A DNA stretch of 43,189 nucleotides from Leptotrichia sp. (GTDB taxonomy: Bacteria; Fusobacteriota; Fusobacteriia; Fusobacteriales; Leptotrichiaceae). This document shows positions 29,192 to 38,614 of the stretch, in pieces; the first letter of the stretch is position 1, and the number at the start of each line of letters is the position of its first letter. Below the pieces are notes generated by a model that saw nothing but the letters and a program-made list of their open reading frames with translations, did not search any database and was not told the DNA's origin. The stretch covers positions 1-43,189 of the forward strand of contig JBGXYD010000065.1 of assembly GCA_041815005.1 (NCBI GenBank), written 5' to 3'. A program made the translations under genes and the position numbers.

Positions 29192-29560
29192 GTGAGTATT
29201 ATAAAAGAATATTTTTTAGGTATTGAAGCAACTATTGAAATTTTTTCAGGAAAATGGAAGCTTCTTATTGTGTATGCACTTATTCAAAAATCTAGAAGAA
29301 CTAGTGAACTTAAAAAAATCATCCCAAATATTTCTCAAAAAGTTTTAATACAGCAACTAAGAGAGTTAGAAAAAGATGGAATAATAAAAAGATACGATTA
29401 TAATCAAATGCCACCTAAAGTTGAGTATTCATTAACAGAATATGGAAAAACTTTTATCGATATCATTTATGCAATGTGCTTCTGGGGAAAAGAAAATATC
29501 AAATTAAGACAGAAAAAAGGAGAAAATATTGTTTTAAATTCAATTAAATCAAATTTATAG
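29192..29560 (+). CDS. HxlR (DUF24) winged-helix transcriptional regulator
   Basis: GKWK.LI, ISQKVL.QQLRELE.DG, PPKVEYSLT. Confidence 0.92.
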   Translation: MSIIKEYFLGIEATIEIFSGKWKLLIVYALIQKSRRTSELKKIIPNISQKVLIQQLRELEKDGIIKRYDYNQMPPKVEYSLTEYGKTFIDIIYAMCFWGKENIKLRQKKGENIVLNSIKSNL

Positions 29561-29602
29561 CCTTAAAAAATTATAAAAAATAAATCCATTTTTTCCTAAA
29601 AT

Positions 29603-29674
29603 AAAAAACGAGCCGTGTGCTCGTTTCTTGTATGAAAGAAGTCTAAATGTAGAGATGGGGCGTCTCTCTTAGAC
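29603..29674 (-). ncRNA. Putative small regulatory RNA (about 72 nt)
   Basis: Own promoter; 5' hairpin GUCUAA-GAGAGA-CGCCCCA-UCUCU-ACAU-UUAGAC; pyrimidine linker; terminator AAACGAGC-ACACG-GCUCGUUU-UUU; no ORF. Confidence 0.75.
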
Positions 29675-29680
29675 AACATA

Positions 29681-29709
29681 GTTATACCATATTTTTTTTT
29701 AGATGTCAA
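29681..29709 (-). promoter_or_regulatory. Near-consensus sigma70 promoter of the sRNA
   Basis: TTGACA (29709-29704) - 17 nt - TATAAC (29686-29681), TGn extended -10, A-tracts upstream. Confidence 0.85.
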
Positions 29710-29764
29710 TAATTTTTTCAAAAAAAAATATTTTTTTTGAATTTTTTTTCATTTTCATTCTCTT

Positions 29765-29793
29765 CTATAACCTTATTTTTTTAAGGGTTATAG
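29765..29793 (-). terminator. Inverted repeat downstream of ilvE
   Basis: CTATAACCTTA...TAAGGGTTATAG; U-tract not obvious. Confidence 0.5.
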
Positions 29794-29842
29794 AGCACAT
29801 TTTCTAAAATTTAATAATTTTTAATTTTTATTTGGTGTTTTT

Positions 29843-30781
29843 TTAAACTTCAAACATCCATTTTTTAGAAAATTCATGTTCCCCTGCTATGACCTTTTCA
29901 AATTCTTCCTTTAGAAGTTTATAAAATTTTCCGGCTCCTGCTTTTCCAGCATAATTAGGTGTACCGATAGGTCTTCCGTCTAATGCTTCTGCATAGACTA
30001 TTTTCATAGCTGTACCTGTTACAAGAAGCTCATCAGCTGAAAACACCATTGAACGATCGATTTTTCCCCTATTTATTTCATAACCGTTATATTCAAGTAA
30101 TTCCAGCATCGACCTTACTGTTATACCTTCAAGGGCCGCAGAACCTGTATCTGGAATTAATATTTTTCCCCTATAGATTACTATAAGATTTGCAACAGAG
30201 GCTTCTACCACATTTCCTGTATCGTCAAACATCAATGCTTCATCATAACCATTTCTCTGGGCATCACTTGTGGCAAGGAATGAGTTGATATAGGAACCTC
30301 CTGCCTTTGCCTTTGTAGGAATTGCAGCATCATTGTACTTTCTGTAAGTGGAACTCATAAACTTAAGCCCCCCTTCATCAGTAGTCACATAGTCCGCCAA
30401 TGGGAGCATATAAACTCCCAGCTCAAAGGTAAGTCCCTTCTTTTTAGGGGAAATTCTAGGCTCACTACAAAATACAAATGGCCTTATATAAAAATCTTCC
30501 TTAACTTCATTCTTTTTTACCAGCTCAGAGATTATATCCTTAAATTCATTCCATTCAATATAATATTCAAACCCTAGCATTTTAGAAGCATTCATTAACC
30601 TTATATAATGATCTTCTAACCTAAATATTTTTACCTTTCCATTTCTATAATATCCTCTTATTCCTCCAAAACATGTTGTACCATATTGTAGACTATGTGT
30701 CGCTATACTTACTGTAGCATTTTCAAATTCTGTTATTTCATTATTGAAATAGGCATATTTCATAAATTCCATTTTTGACAT
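29843..30781 (-). CDS. ilvE: Branched-chain amino acid aminotransferase
   Basis: SLQYG..CFGGIR, YIRP, AK.GG.Y, DEAL, LEGIT, GTA (class IV PLP enzyme). Confidence 0.92.
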   Translation of the reverse strand: MSKMEFMKYAYFNNEITEFENATVSIATHSLQYGTTCFGGIRGYYRNGKVKIFRLEDHYIRLMNASKMLGFEYYIEWNEFKDIISELVKKNEVKEDFYIRPFVFCSEPRISPKKKGLTFELGVYMLPLADYVTTDEGGLKFMSSTYRKYNDAAIPTKAKAGGSYINSFLATSDAQRNGYDEALMFDDTGNVVEASVANLIVIYRGKILIPDTGSAALEGITVRSMLELLEYNGYEINRGKIDRSMVFSADELLVTGTAMKIVYAEALDGRPIGTPNYAGKAGAGKFYKLLKEEFEKVIAGEHEFSKKWMFEV

Positions 30782-30974
30782 TTCTATTTTACCTCCATAT
30801 TTTTAATTTTATTGTCTATTATACATTTTATCATTTTAAAATCCATAAGTAAAATTTATTATAAATATACTCTCTATAATTTTCATAAATATACATTACT
30901 TATCTATATACAGCATCTGTCTGTAAATAAAGACTTACCATTTGTTGTCACTTATTTAGAGAAAAACCGTTTTT

Positions 30975-32033
30975 CTAGATTTTCCTTATTTCCCCTCCGC
31001 CTACAAGTTCATTTTCCAGATAGAATACGATATGTTGTCCCTCACTGCTTTCATGGGTTCTCTCCTCAAATTCAAATACAGTCCTTCCCTCTTTCATCTG
31101 CAAATTTCCCTTCAATCCCTTAGAGGAAAATCTTGGTCTTGCTATTATTTCTTTACCTAAAAGCTCCAAAATTTCATAATGGAACTTATAATTGATAATC
31201 TCTATCTCCTTAACCAGTATATCTTCAAATTCCCCTATGACTACTTCATTAGTTTCCGGTCTTATTCCAGATACAAAAAAGGCTCTTCCAAGATTCAGGC
31301 CCAGACCTCTCCTCTGACCTTCAGTATAGAACTGATATCCCATATGCTTTCCTATTATATTTCCTTCCTTATCTACAAAATTGCCCTCCCTTACCTTATT
31401 CCCCAGGACTTTCTTCAAGAAGGGGATATATCCGTCTGGAGCGAAGCATATTCCCTGGCTGTCAGGCTTACTATGAGTATGTATTCCGTTATTTTTAGCA
31501 ATTTCCCGGACTTCTGCCTTCTCATATCCTGAAAGTGGAAACAGAAATCTCCTGATAGTTTCCTTATCGAGCCTGTAAAGCATATATGTCTGATCCTTGC
31601 TGTTTTCCTTATCCCATAAGAGAAGGCTGTTTATGCTCTTTTTGGAATAATGCCCTGTAGCAATATGCTGTATCCCCATTTTATCTGCAAAGTCCACAAT
31701 CTTTCTTATCTTTACCTTTTCATCACAGATTACACAAGGGGATGGCGTCTTCCCTTCACTATACGTTTTTACAAAATATTTCATAACTTTATCCTTAAAT
31801 TCTTCAACTACATTTATGGTGTAATGAGGAATCCCCAAGGTGTAACACGTATATTTGGCATCTGTTATATCATCTAAGGAACAGCATGTCTTTCCACTAT
31901 TTTCAGACAGCTCATCAGGAAGGTGCTTTAATGTCACCCCTACCACGTCATATCCCTGCTCCTTTAATAAAAATGCGGCGACAGAACTGTCTATGCCGCC
32001 GCTCATTCCTACTACTACTCTTTTTTTATCCAT
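30975..32033 (-). CDS. mnmA: tRNA 2-thiouridine(34) synthase
   Basis: MSGGIDSS PP-loop, TP.PC, ATGHY, KDQTY.L, DSQGICF, GQRRGLG. Confidence 0.92.
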   Translation of the reverse strand: MDKKRVVVGMSGGIDSSVAAFLLKEQGYDVVGVTLKHLPDELSENSGKTCCSLDDITDAKYTCYTLGIPHYTINVVEEFKDKVMKYFVKTYSEGKTPSPCVICDEKVKIRKIVDFADKMGIQHIATGHYSKKSINSLLLWDKENSKDQTYMLYRLDKETIRRFLFPLSGYEKAEVREIAKNNGIHTHSKPDSQGICFAPDGYIPFLKKVLGNKVREGNFVDKEGNIIGKHMGYQFYTEGQRRGLGLNLGRAFFVSGIRPETNEVVIGEFEDILVKEIEIINYKFHYEILELLGKEIIARPRFSSKGLKGNLQMKEGRTVFEFEERTHESSEGQHIVFYLENELVGGGEIRKI

Positions 32034-32099
32034 TTGCTATCTCTTTCTTTTTTATCCCCTTTTTATTTCACACATTTTTCAGGAAATCCGCTCCAAATC

Positions 32100-32936
32100 T
32101 TAAATTTTTTTAAGATATTCAGCCAATGAAGTCCCTTTACGCCCCAGGATTTTTTCTATGTCATCTGAAATTCCTGACTGTTCATTTTCTGCAATTGCAG
32201 TATAAGTTGAAACCCACGAATCGTATTCCCATTGCTCAGCTTCCCATATTTTACGTGATTCATAGGCCTCCTCCACAGTTTCATCAACATACTTGATTTC
32301 TTTTCCGGAATGTCTGCTTACAATTTCTGTAATTTCATCCATTGTCAATTCTTCCGGTCCTGTCATATTCAAAGTCTGATTTTCCCATTTTTCTGGATTT
32401 TCCAAAATTTTAGCAACCACTTCTGATACATCCGAACGAACTACTGCCGAAACCTTTCCATTTTCTGCAGGTCCCTTTATTTCCCCATACTCCTTACATA
32501 GTGCCACAAAAAAGTCAGTATAAAAGTTATCTCTCAAAAATGTATATTTAAAGCCTTTTTCTTTAATATACTCTTCTGTCGTATAATGATCTCTTCCTAG
32601 CGTAAATACAGAATTTTTTGAAGCATTGTAAAATGATAGATAAATAATATGTGAAACTTTTGCCATTTTAGCCGCATCAATAAAATCCTTATGCTGCTGA
32701 ACACGGTTAGGATTTTCTGAACCTGACACCATAAAAAGTACATCAATTCCTTCTAATGATTTTATAGTATCTTCTGACTTATCATAATTCGATTTAAAAA
32801 CATCAGAAAATCCCATTTTTTCAGCCTTTTCCTTATTTCTAGCCAAATTTCTCACTTTTATGCCATTTTCTCTACATAATCTAGAAACTATACCACCTAA
32901 GTTTCCTGTTACTCCAGTTAATGCTATTTTAGGCAT
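32100..32936 (-). CDS. NmrA-like/atypical SDR NAD(P)H oxidoreductase
   Basis: TGVTGNLG, QQHK.FIDAA, YLSF, FLRDNFY, V.RSDV. Confidence 0.88.
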   Translation of the reverse strand: MPKIALTGVTGNLGGIVSRLCRENGIKVRNLARNKEKAEKMGFSDVFKSNYDKSEDTIKSLEGIDVLFMVSGSENPNRVQQHKDFIDAAKMAKVSHIIYLSFYNASKNSVFTLGRDHYTTEEYIKEKGFKYTFLRDNFYTDFFVALCKEYGEIKGPAENGKVSAVVRSDVSEVVAKILENPEKWENQTLNMTGPEELTMDEITEIVSRHSGKEIKYVDETVEEAYESRKIWEAEQWEYDSWVSTYTAIAENEQSGISDDIEKILGRKGTSLAEYLKKI

Positions 32937-33052
32937 TTTATTTTCCTCCTAGTTCTTATTTTAACTGTTTTAAATTTCATCTATCAGAAGTTACTCAATT
33001 ATCATTAATCGTACACCTGCCCTCTTTTGATAGATCCTGTTTTATAAATTTT

Positions 33053-33996
33053 TTACCAATTCAAAAAATTCATAATCACACTTATCATAATCTCTTTTTC
33101 ATCAGGTTTAGATTCTGCAAGTAAAAGTGTTATTGCTACCAATGTACTGTAATTTATAATTTTTTTGCCATTTTTAAAAAGAAAGTTATTTTTTGTAAAA
33201 ATACAAGAATATGCTTGCGGCTATTCTTTTACAGCCATCTACAAATGGATAATCTTTTACTATAAAGTATAATAAATTTGCTGATTTTTCCTGTATTGTA
33301 GGATAAGCCTCCTCTCCAAAAGCACTTTAATATACGGAATCTATTATTCCTTTCAATGCAGCAGAACTTTTTTCTCTCCCAAATATATTGGATTTTTCTG
33401 AAAATGACATTGAATTTATTAATTCTCTACATTCTTCATAAGTTATCCTATATGTTTTATCTATATCAAATTTTGGTTTCAGCACTTTTTGATGATCATA
33501 GTTATCCAATAACTCCAATGCTAAAGTATATTCTTCTATTACTTTAGTAATTTCACTACTTTCGATATCAAGTGCATCCGCAAGCATATTAGATTGTATT
33601 TCAACAACTCTATTCAAAACTTTTAATCTTTTTTCATTTAATGCATATCCTTTAATCAGATAATCTTTTAAGATTGATGAAGCCCATTTACGAAACTCAA
33701 TTCCTCTTTGAGATTTAACACGATAACCGACTGAAATTATAACATCAAGATTGTAATAATCTACTTTATATGTTTTACCGTCTTTTGCAGTTGTTGCAAA
33801 ATTTGCAACAACTGAATTTTTCTCAAGTTCATTTTCAACAAAAATATTTCTAATATGTCTTGAAACTGTTGATTTATTTTTATCAAACAATTGTGCCATC
33901 TGGTCTAATGATAACCAAACAGTTTCCTTTTCAGGCGATACTTCTACCTGTAATTCCTAATTCTCCATTTTTAAAAACTATTGATTCTCTTTTCAC
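33053..33996 (-). pseudogene. RhuM-family/Fic-DOC fusion protein, multiply disrupted
   Basis: GTG 33996 with SD; frameshift near 33956; RhuM motifs (YNLDVIISVGYRVKS); premature TAA 33327; degenerate Fic motif YPFVDGCKR; second frameshift near 33200; terminal stop 33053. Confidence 0.9.
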
Positions 33997-34024
33997 AATA
34001 ACCCCTCCAATTATTCTTTTTCTA

Positions 34025-36703
34025 TCATTTCACAACCACATTTACCAGTTTATTAGGAACGACTATTACTTTCACAATTTCTTTTCCATCAATAAACTTT
34101 TTCAATTTTTCTGATGTAAATGCCAGTTTTTCAGCTTCATCTTTTGAAATTCCTATTTTTGCAGGTAATGTATCTCTTACTTTTCCATTTACTTGAACTA
34201 CTAAGTTAAAATTATTTTCTACTGTTAATTTTTCATCAAATGTAGGCCATTTTTCATCAAATGTAAATGTTGTATTTCCGATTTCCTGCCATAATTCATC
34301 TGCTACATGCGGTGCAAATGGTGCAAGCAATAATATTGTTTTATCAAGTACTTCTTTCCATATTTTTGCTGATTCAGAAGATCTTTCATTCTTATCAATA
34401 ACTTCCTGCTTGTATGTTGTCATATCGTTTAAAAGTTCCATTATAGCTGCAATTGCTGTATTAAAATGAAAATCATCTTCTATACTTTCAGTAACTTTCT
34501 TTATAGTTTGATGTAATTTTTTCTGAATATTTTCATCTTTTCCGTTTCTACTGTCTAAATTAATTCCGTAGTTATTCGCTTTTTTAACATTGCTATCAGC
34601 AAAATTAACAGTATCGGAAATCAATAAATAAAGTCTATTAATGAATCTATATGCTCCAGCAAGTCCGTTCATATTCCATTCCAGTTCTTTTTCAGGCGGT
34701 GCAGCAAATAATGTAAACACTCTTGAAGAATCTGCTCCATATTCCTTTACAATTTCTTCCGGATCTAACCCATTATTTTTAGATTTACTCATTTTTTCTA
34801 TTTTCGTAACTAACTCTTCCCCTGTTTCTTTTGATACAGCCACACCATTTTGTACTTCTACTTCATTTGCAAATAAGTATCTTCTCTCATTTGCTGAATA
34901 ATATGATGGACCTAATACCATTCCTTGAGTAAGCAATCTTTTAAACGGCTCATTTGTATTCACATATCCTAAATCTCTTAATGACTTATGGAAAAATCTA
35001 GCATATAACAAATGCATTACAGCATGTTCTATCCCTCCTATATACTGGTTTACAGGAGTCCATTTATCAGCGTCGGCCTTCTCAAAAGGTTTTTCTTCAT
35101 TTCTAGGATCCAGGTATCTCAGATAGTACCATGAAGAATCTACGAAAGTATCCATAGTATCTGTTTCCCTTCTTCCCTTTTTACCATTTGGAAGTATTAC
35201 ATTCTTAAATTCTTCTGATGTTTCAAGAGGATTCCCCTTCCCGCTAAATTCTATGTCTGTCGGAAGCTTTACTGGAAGATTTTCCTCTTCTTCCAAGTAT
35301 ATGTTCCCCTCTTCATCATAAATTACAGGAATCGGTGTCCCCCAGTATCTCTGTCTACTTATTAGCCAGTCATGAAGCCTGTAATTTACCGTCTTTTTCC
35401 CTAGACCTTCCTTTTCAAGTTTTTCAGTTATATCTTCCTTTGCCTTTTCATTATCTAGTCCATTAAACTCTCCTGAATTTACAAGCTTTCCTTTTCCCGT
35501 AAATGCTGTATCTGTTTCTTCTGAAGAGATATCTTCTATATTTCCGTCCTTATCCACAGGCGAGATGACTTCCTTTATTGGAAGATTATATTTTTTTGCA
35601 AACTGAAAATCCCTTTCATCATGAGCTGGTACAGCCATGACTGCCCCTGTCCCATAATCCATTAGTACATAGTTAGCTACCCACAAAGGAACCTTTTCCC
35701 CATTTACAGGATTAATTACATAAAGTCCTGTGAATACTCCTTCCTTTTCCTTGTCCTCTGCAGTCCGGCTAATCTTATCCTCGTTTATCATCCTTTCCAC
35801 AGCTTCCCTTATAGAAGGAGTTGCCTTCAGTACAACTTCATCCACTAGAGGATGTTCAGGAGCAACTGTAGCATAAGTTACACCGTATAATGTATCTGGT
35901 CTTGTGGTAAATACCGGAATTACCGCCTGTCCTCCTTCATTAAACTGCAAGTTGCTATCCTTCCTGTCTCCTGAAAGATTATAATCAAGTATAAAGTCTA
36001 CTTCTGTCCCTGTGGACTTCCCTATCCAGTTCTTCTGCATCGCAAGCACCTGTTCCGGCCAGTGTCCACGAAGCTCTTCATGACCTTGAAGCAGTTCTTC
36101 CGCATAATCAGTTATTTTAAGATACCATTGTGATAATTCCTTCTGGATTACATCCGTCTTTCCATGCCTCCAGCATTTGCCATTTTCAACCTGCTCATTT
36201 GCCAGAACCGTGTTACAGTCTGGACACCAGTTAACATATGATTTTTTCTTATACGCAAGCCCTTTTTTATACATTTCGATAAAAAATTTCTGGTTCCATT
36301 TATAGTATTCGGGAGTATATGTACTTAATTCCCTATTCCAGTCATAGGAAAGTCCCATCAGCTTTAGCTGCCTTCTCATATTATCAATATTAGCCTTAGT
36401 CCATTGTCCCGGATGTGCCCCGTTATCAATTGCTGCATTTTCTGCAGGAAGTCCGAAACTGTCCCATCCGAAAGGATGAAGTACGTTAAATCCCTTCATT
36501 TTCTTGTATCTGGCTATTGCATCTCCTATAGCGTAGTTCCTTAGATGTCCCACATGCAGCTTTCCTGATGGATAGGCAAACATTTCCAATACATAGTAGT
36601 TCTCTTTCCCTTCGATTTTGTTCTCACTTTTAAAAATATCCTTTTCCTGCCATTTTTCTTGCCATTTTTTCTCAATTTCCTTAGGATTGTATTCTCTTGC
36701 CAT
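34025..36703 (-). CDS. leuS: Leucine--tRNA ligase
   Basis: HVGH, GWDSFGLPAENAA, GTGAVMAVPAHD editing domain, KMSKS. Confidence 0.98.
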   Translation of the reverse strand: MAREYNPKEIEKKWQEKWQEKDIFKSENKIEGKENYYVLEMFAYPSGKLHVGHLRNYAIGDAIARYKKMKGFNVLHPFGWDSFGLPAENAAIDNGAHPGQWTKANIDNMRRQLKLMGLSYDWNRELSTYTPEYYKWNQKFFIEMYKKGLAYKKKSYVNWCPDCNTVLANEQVENGKCWRHGKTDVIQKELSQWYLKITDYAEELLQGHEELRGHWPEQVLAMQKNWIGKSTGTEVDFILDYNLSGDRKDSNLQFNEGGQAVIPVFTTRPDTLYGVTYATVAPEHPLVDEVVLKATPSIREAVERMINEDKISRTAEDKEKEGVFTGLYVINPVNGEKVPLWVANYVLMDYGTGAVMAVPAHDERDFQFAKKYNLPIKEVISPVDKDGNIEDISSEETDTAFTGKGKLVNSGEFNGLDNEKAKEDITEKLEKEGLGKKTVNYRLHDWLISRQRYWGTPIPVIYDEEGNIYLEEEENLPVKLPTDIEFSGKGNPLETSEEFKNVILPNGKKGRRETDTMDTFVDSSWYYLRYLDPRNEEKPFEKADADKWTPVNQYIGGIEHAVMHLLYARFFHKSLRDLGYVNTNEPFKRLLTQGMVLGPSYYSANERRYLFANEVEVQNGVAVSKETGEELVTKIEKMSKSKNNGLDPEEIVKEYGADSSRVFTLFAAPPEKELEWNMNGLAGAYRFINRLYLLISDTVNFADSNVKKANNYGINLDSRNGKDENIQKKLHQTIKKVTESIEDDFHFNTAIAAIMELLNDMTTYKQEVIDKNERSSESAKIWKEVLDKTILLLAPFAPHVADELWQEIGNTTFTFDEKWPTFDEKLTVENNFNLVVQVNGKVRDTLPAKIGISKDEAEKLAFTSEKLKKFIDGKEIVKVIVVPNKLVNVVVK

Positions 36704-36753
36704 TATTCCTTTTCCTCCATAACTTTTAAAATTTATATAATTTGTATAATTTA

Positions 36754-37578
36754 TTAACCTAATTCCTTTATCTTTTCTTCTGACCTTTCAGTAATATAGA
36801 GCTTATTTCCTTTTTCAGCTACTTCCTTATAAAGTGCCAGTGCTTCTTTTATATTACCCATTTCTTCTTTGTATTGTGCAATATTATATTTTGCAAAAAT
36901 TTTATTTATCTTTTCTTTAGATATTTTTATAATTTCTTCATATAGGTTAATTATTTCTTCCCTATTATTTTCATGATAAATAAGATTTTTTAAAATGTCA
37001 AAGTATATTTTCATTTCCATAGTAATTTTATGTCCATTTTTTTCTAGTATCTCCAGTCCGTATTCATAGATTTCTCCAGCTTCATCTTTCCTATTTAGGA
37101 TACATAAAAATAAAGATTTATTGTAGTAATACAATATCTTTAGATTTGGTCTTACCCTTTTTTTCCCCTTAAAATCAATTTCTTCTAATATTTTAAGTGC
37201 TTCCTCCGTCTTTCCGAGTGCTGAATGTCCTGCTGCCAAATTGATTTTTAAACAGATTTTATACAGAACCCTTTTAGTCTTCTGTAATTCCATTTCAGTT
37301 AATTTTATAAATTTTTCAGGTTCCAGCTCATTATTTAAAACATCTATATATTTTTTGTATATTCTCTTGAATACAGCTCTTTCAGCTACAATTAGAGATG
37401 AAATAATAAATATATAATTCAGACAGTTAAATAAAATTTTATTATCATTATACCAGAAGTATAATTCATCATTTTTCATCAATACTGTTAAAAAAATATA
37501 ATATATTACCATAAATAAGATAAATATTATAGCTATTATAATATTTACTTTCTTTTCTATATTTATGACTTTATTCAA
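36754..37578 (-). CDS. Membrane-anchored tetratricopeptide-repeat-like protein
   Basis: Two N-terminal TM segments, helical repeats (NLAAGHSALGKTEEAL; NIAQYKEEMGNIKEAL); TTG start after GGAGG. Confidence 0.75.
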   Translation of the reverse strand: MNKVINIEKKVNIIIAIIFILFMVIYYIFLTVLMKNDELYFWYNDNKILFNCLNYIFIISSLIVAERAVFKRIYKKYIDVLNNELEPEKFIKLTEMELQKTKRVLYKICLKINLAAGHSALGKTEEALKILEEIDFKGKKRVRPNLKILYYYNKSLFLCILNRKDEAGEIYEYGLEILEKNGHKITMEMKIYFDILKNLIYHENNREEIINLYEEIIKISKEKINKIFAKYNIAQYKEEMGNIKEALALYKEVAEKGNKLYITERSEEKIKELG

Positions 37579-37629
37579 TTTTTCAACCTCCTTACTACTA
37601 AATATTATAAAAAATTACATTTTACTTAG

Positions 37630-38328
37630 CTACTTGGCCATTTCTGACAGTATTATCCCACCTGCTACAGATACATTAAGGGAGTTTATCTGCCCTTTAA
37701 GATGTATCTTCACTATTTTATCACAATGCTCCCTCACCTTTTTCCTCATGCCGTTTCCTTCACTTCCAAGTACAAGACAAACCTTATCAGGATATTTTTC
37801 CTCATAATAGAAACTCTCCCCGTCAGCTTCTGCACCATAGACTGTATATCCATACTTCTTAAACTTATCTATTGTATCTGCGATATTGGTAACTTTTACT
37901 ATGTCTACATGTTCAATTGCCCCCGTAGAAGATTTTACCACAGTTTCTGTCACCTTCACATTATTCCTGTCCTGAATGACAATCCCGTCTGCACCAAAAC
38001 ATTCTGCACTTCTTATAATTGCTCCAAAGTTTCTCGGATCCTGAATCTGATCCAGAATAACCACTATCGACTTATCCTTTCTTAAAACCTTTTCCAGAAA
38101 CTCTGTCATATCAAGATAATAATCAAACTCTGAAACCAGTGCTGCTACTCCTTGAGAATTATCCACCCTTTTATCTGTATAGAATACTTTTATATTCCTT
38201 CTGCTTGCCAAAGCCAGTATCTCTTTTATAGTATCCTTCCTTATCCCTTTATACACTTCTATTTTCTCTATATTCTTATCTGACTTTAAGGTTTCTATTA
38301 CCGGATTTATCCCTATTATTTTTTCCAT
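37630..38328 (-). CDS. rlmB: 23S rRNA (Gm2251) 2'-O-methyltransferase
   Basis: DPRNFGAIIRSA, GSEG.G, SLNVSVA SPOUT motifs. Confidence 0.93.
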   Translation of the reverse strand: MEKIIGINPVIETLKSDKNIEKIEVYKGIRKDTIKEILALASRRNIKVFYTDKRVDNSQGVAALVSEFDYYLDMTEFLEKVLRKDKSIVVILDQIQDPRNFGAIIRSAECFGADGIVIQDRNNVKVTETVVKSSTGAIEHVDIVKVTNIADTIDKFKKYGYTVYGAEADGESFYYEEKYPDKVCLVLGSEGNGMRKKVREHCDKIVKIHLKGQINSLNVSVAGGIILSEMAK

Positions 38329-38532
38329 CTTCTCTCCTAGTTAAATCTAAATTCTTTTCTATTGTTTTATATTATACCACATCTAGCCCTATTTTAGTAA
38401 AATTTTATATCCGTCCTTACTTAATTCATAATTCATAACATCTATAGATATGAAAAAAGTTAGATATGAATTTATTGAAGGATTAAATAGCAAACTAAAA
38501 ATAATAGGAAACTGTGATGAGATAAAAAAATC

Positions 38533-38580
38533 CGATAATCTAAAAAGCTAACATATATCAGAATTTTTTTAGATTTATCG
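38533..38580 (-). terminator. Inverted repeat downstream of the ABC permease gene
   Basis: CGATAATCTAAAAA...TTTTTAGATTTATCG with flanking A/T tracts. Confidence 0.55.
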
Positions 38581-38614
38581 AACTTTTTTCATCTGTTCGG
38601 TTGATGGGAAGCCC

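Noticed and set aside
29690-29750. Long A/T homopolymers as phase-variable tracts in the sRNA promoter
   Set aside because: Such tracts are common in this AT-rich DNA; no evidence of length variation from a single sequence
36704-36753. T-box upstream of leuS
   Set aside because: Only about 50 nt of intergenic space and no motif
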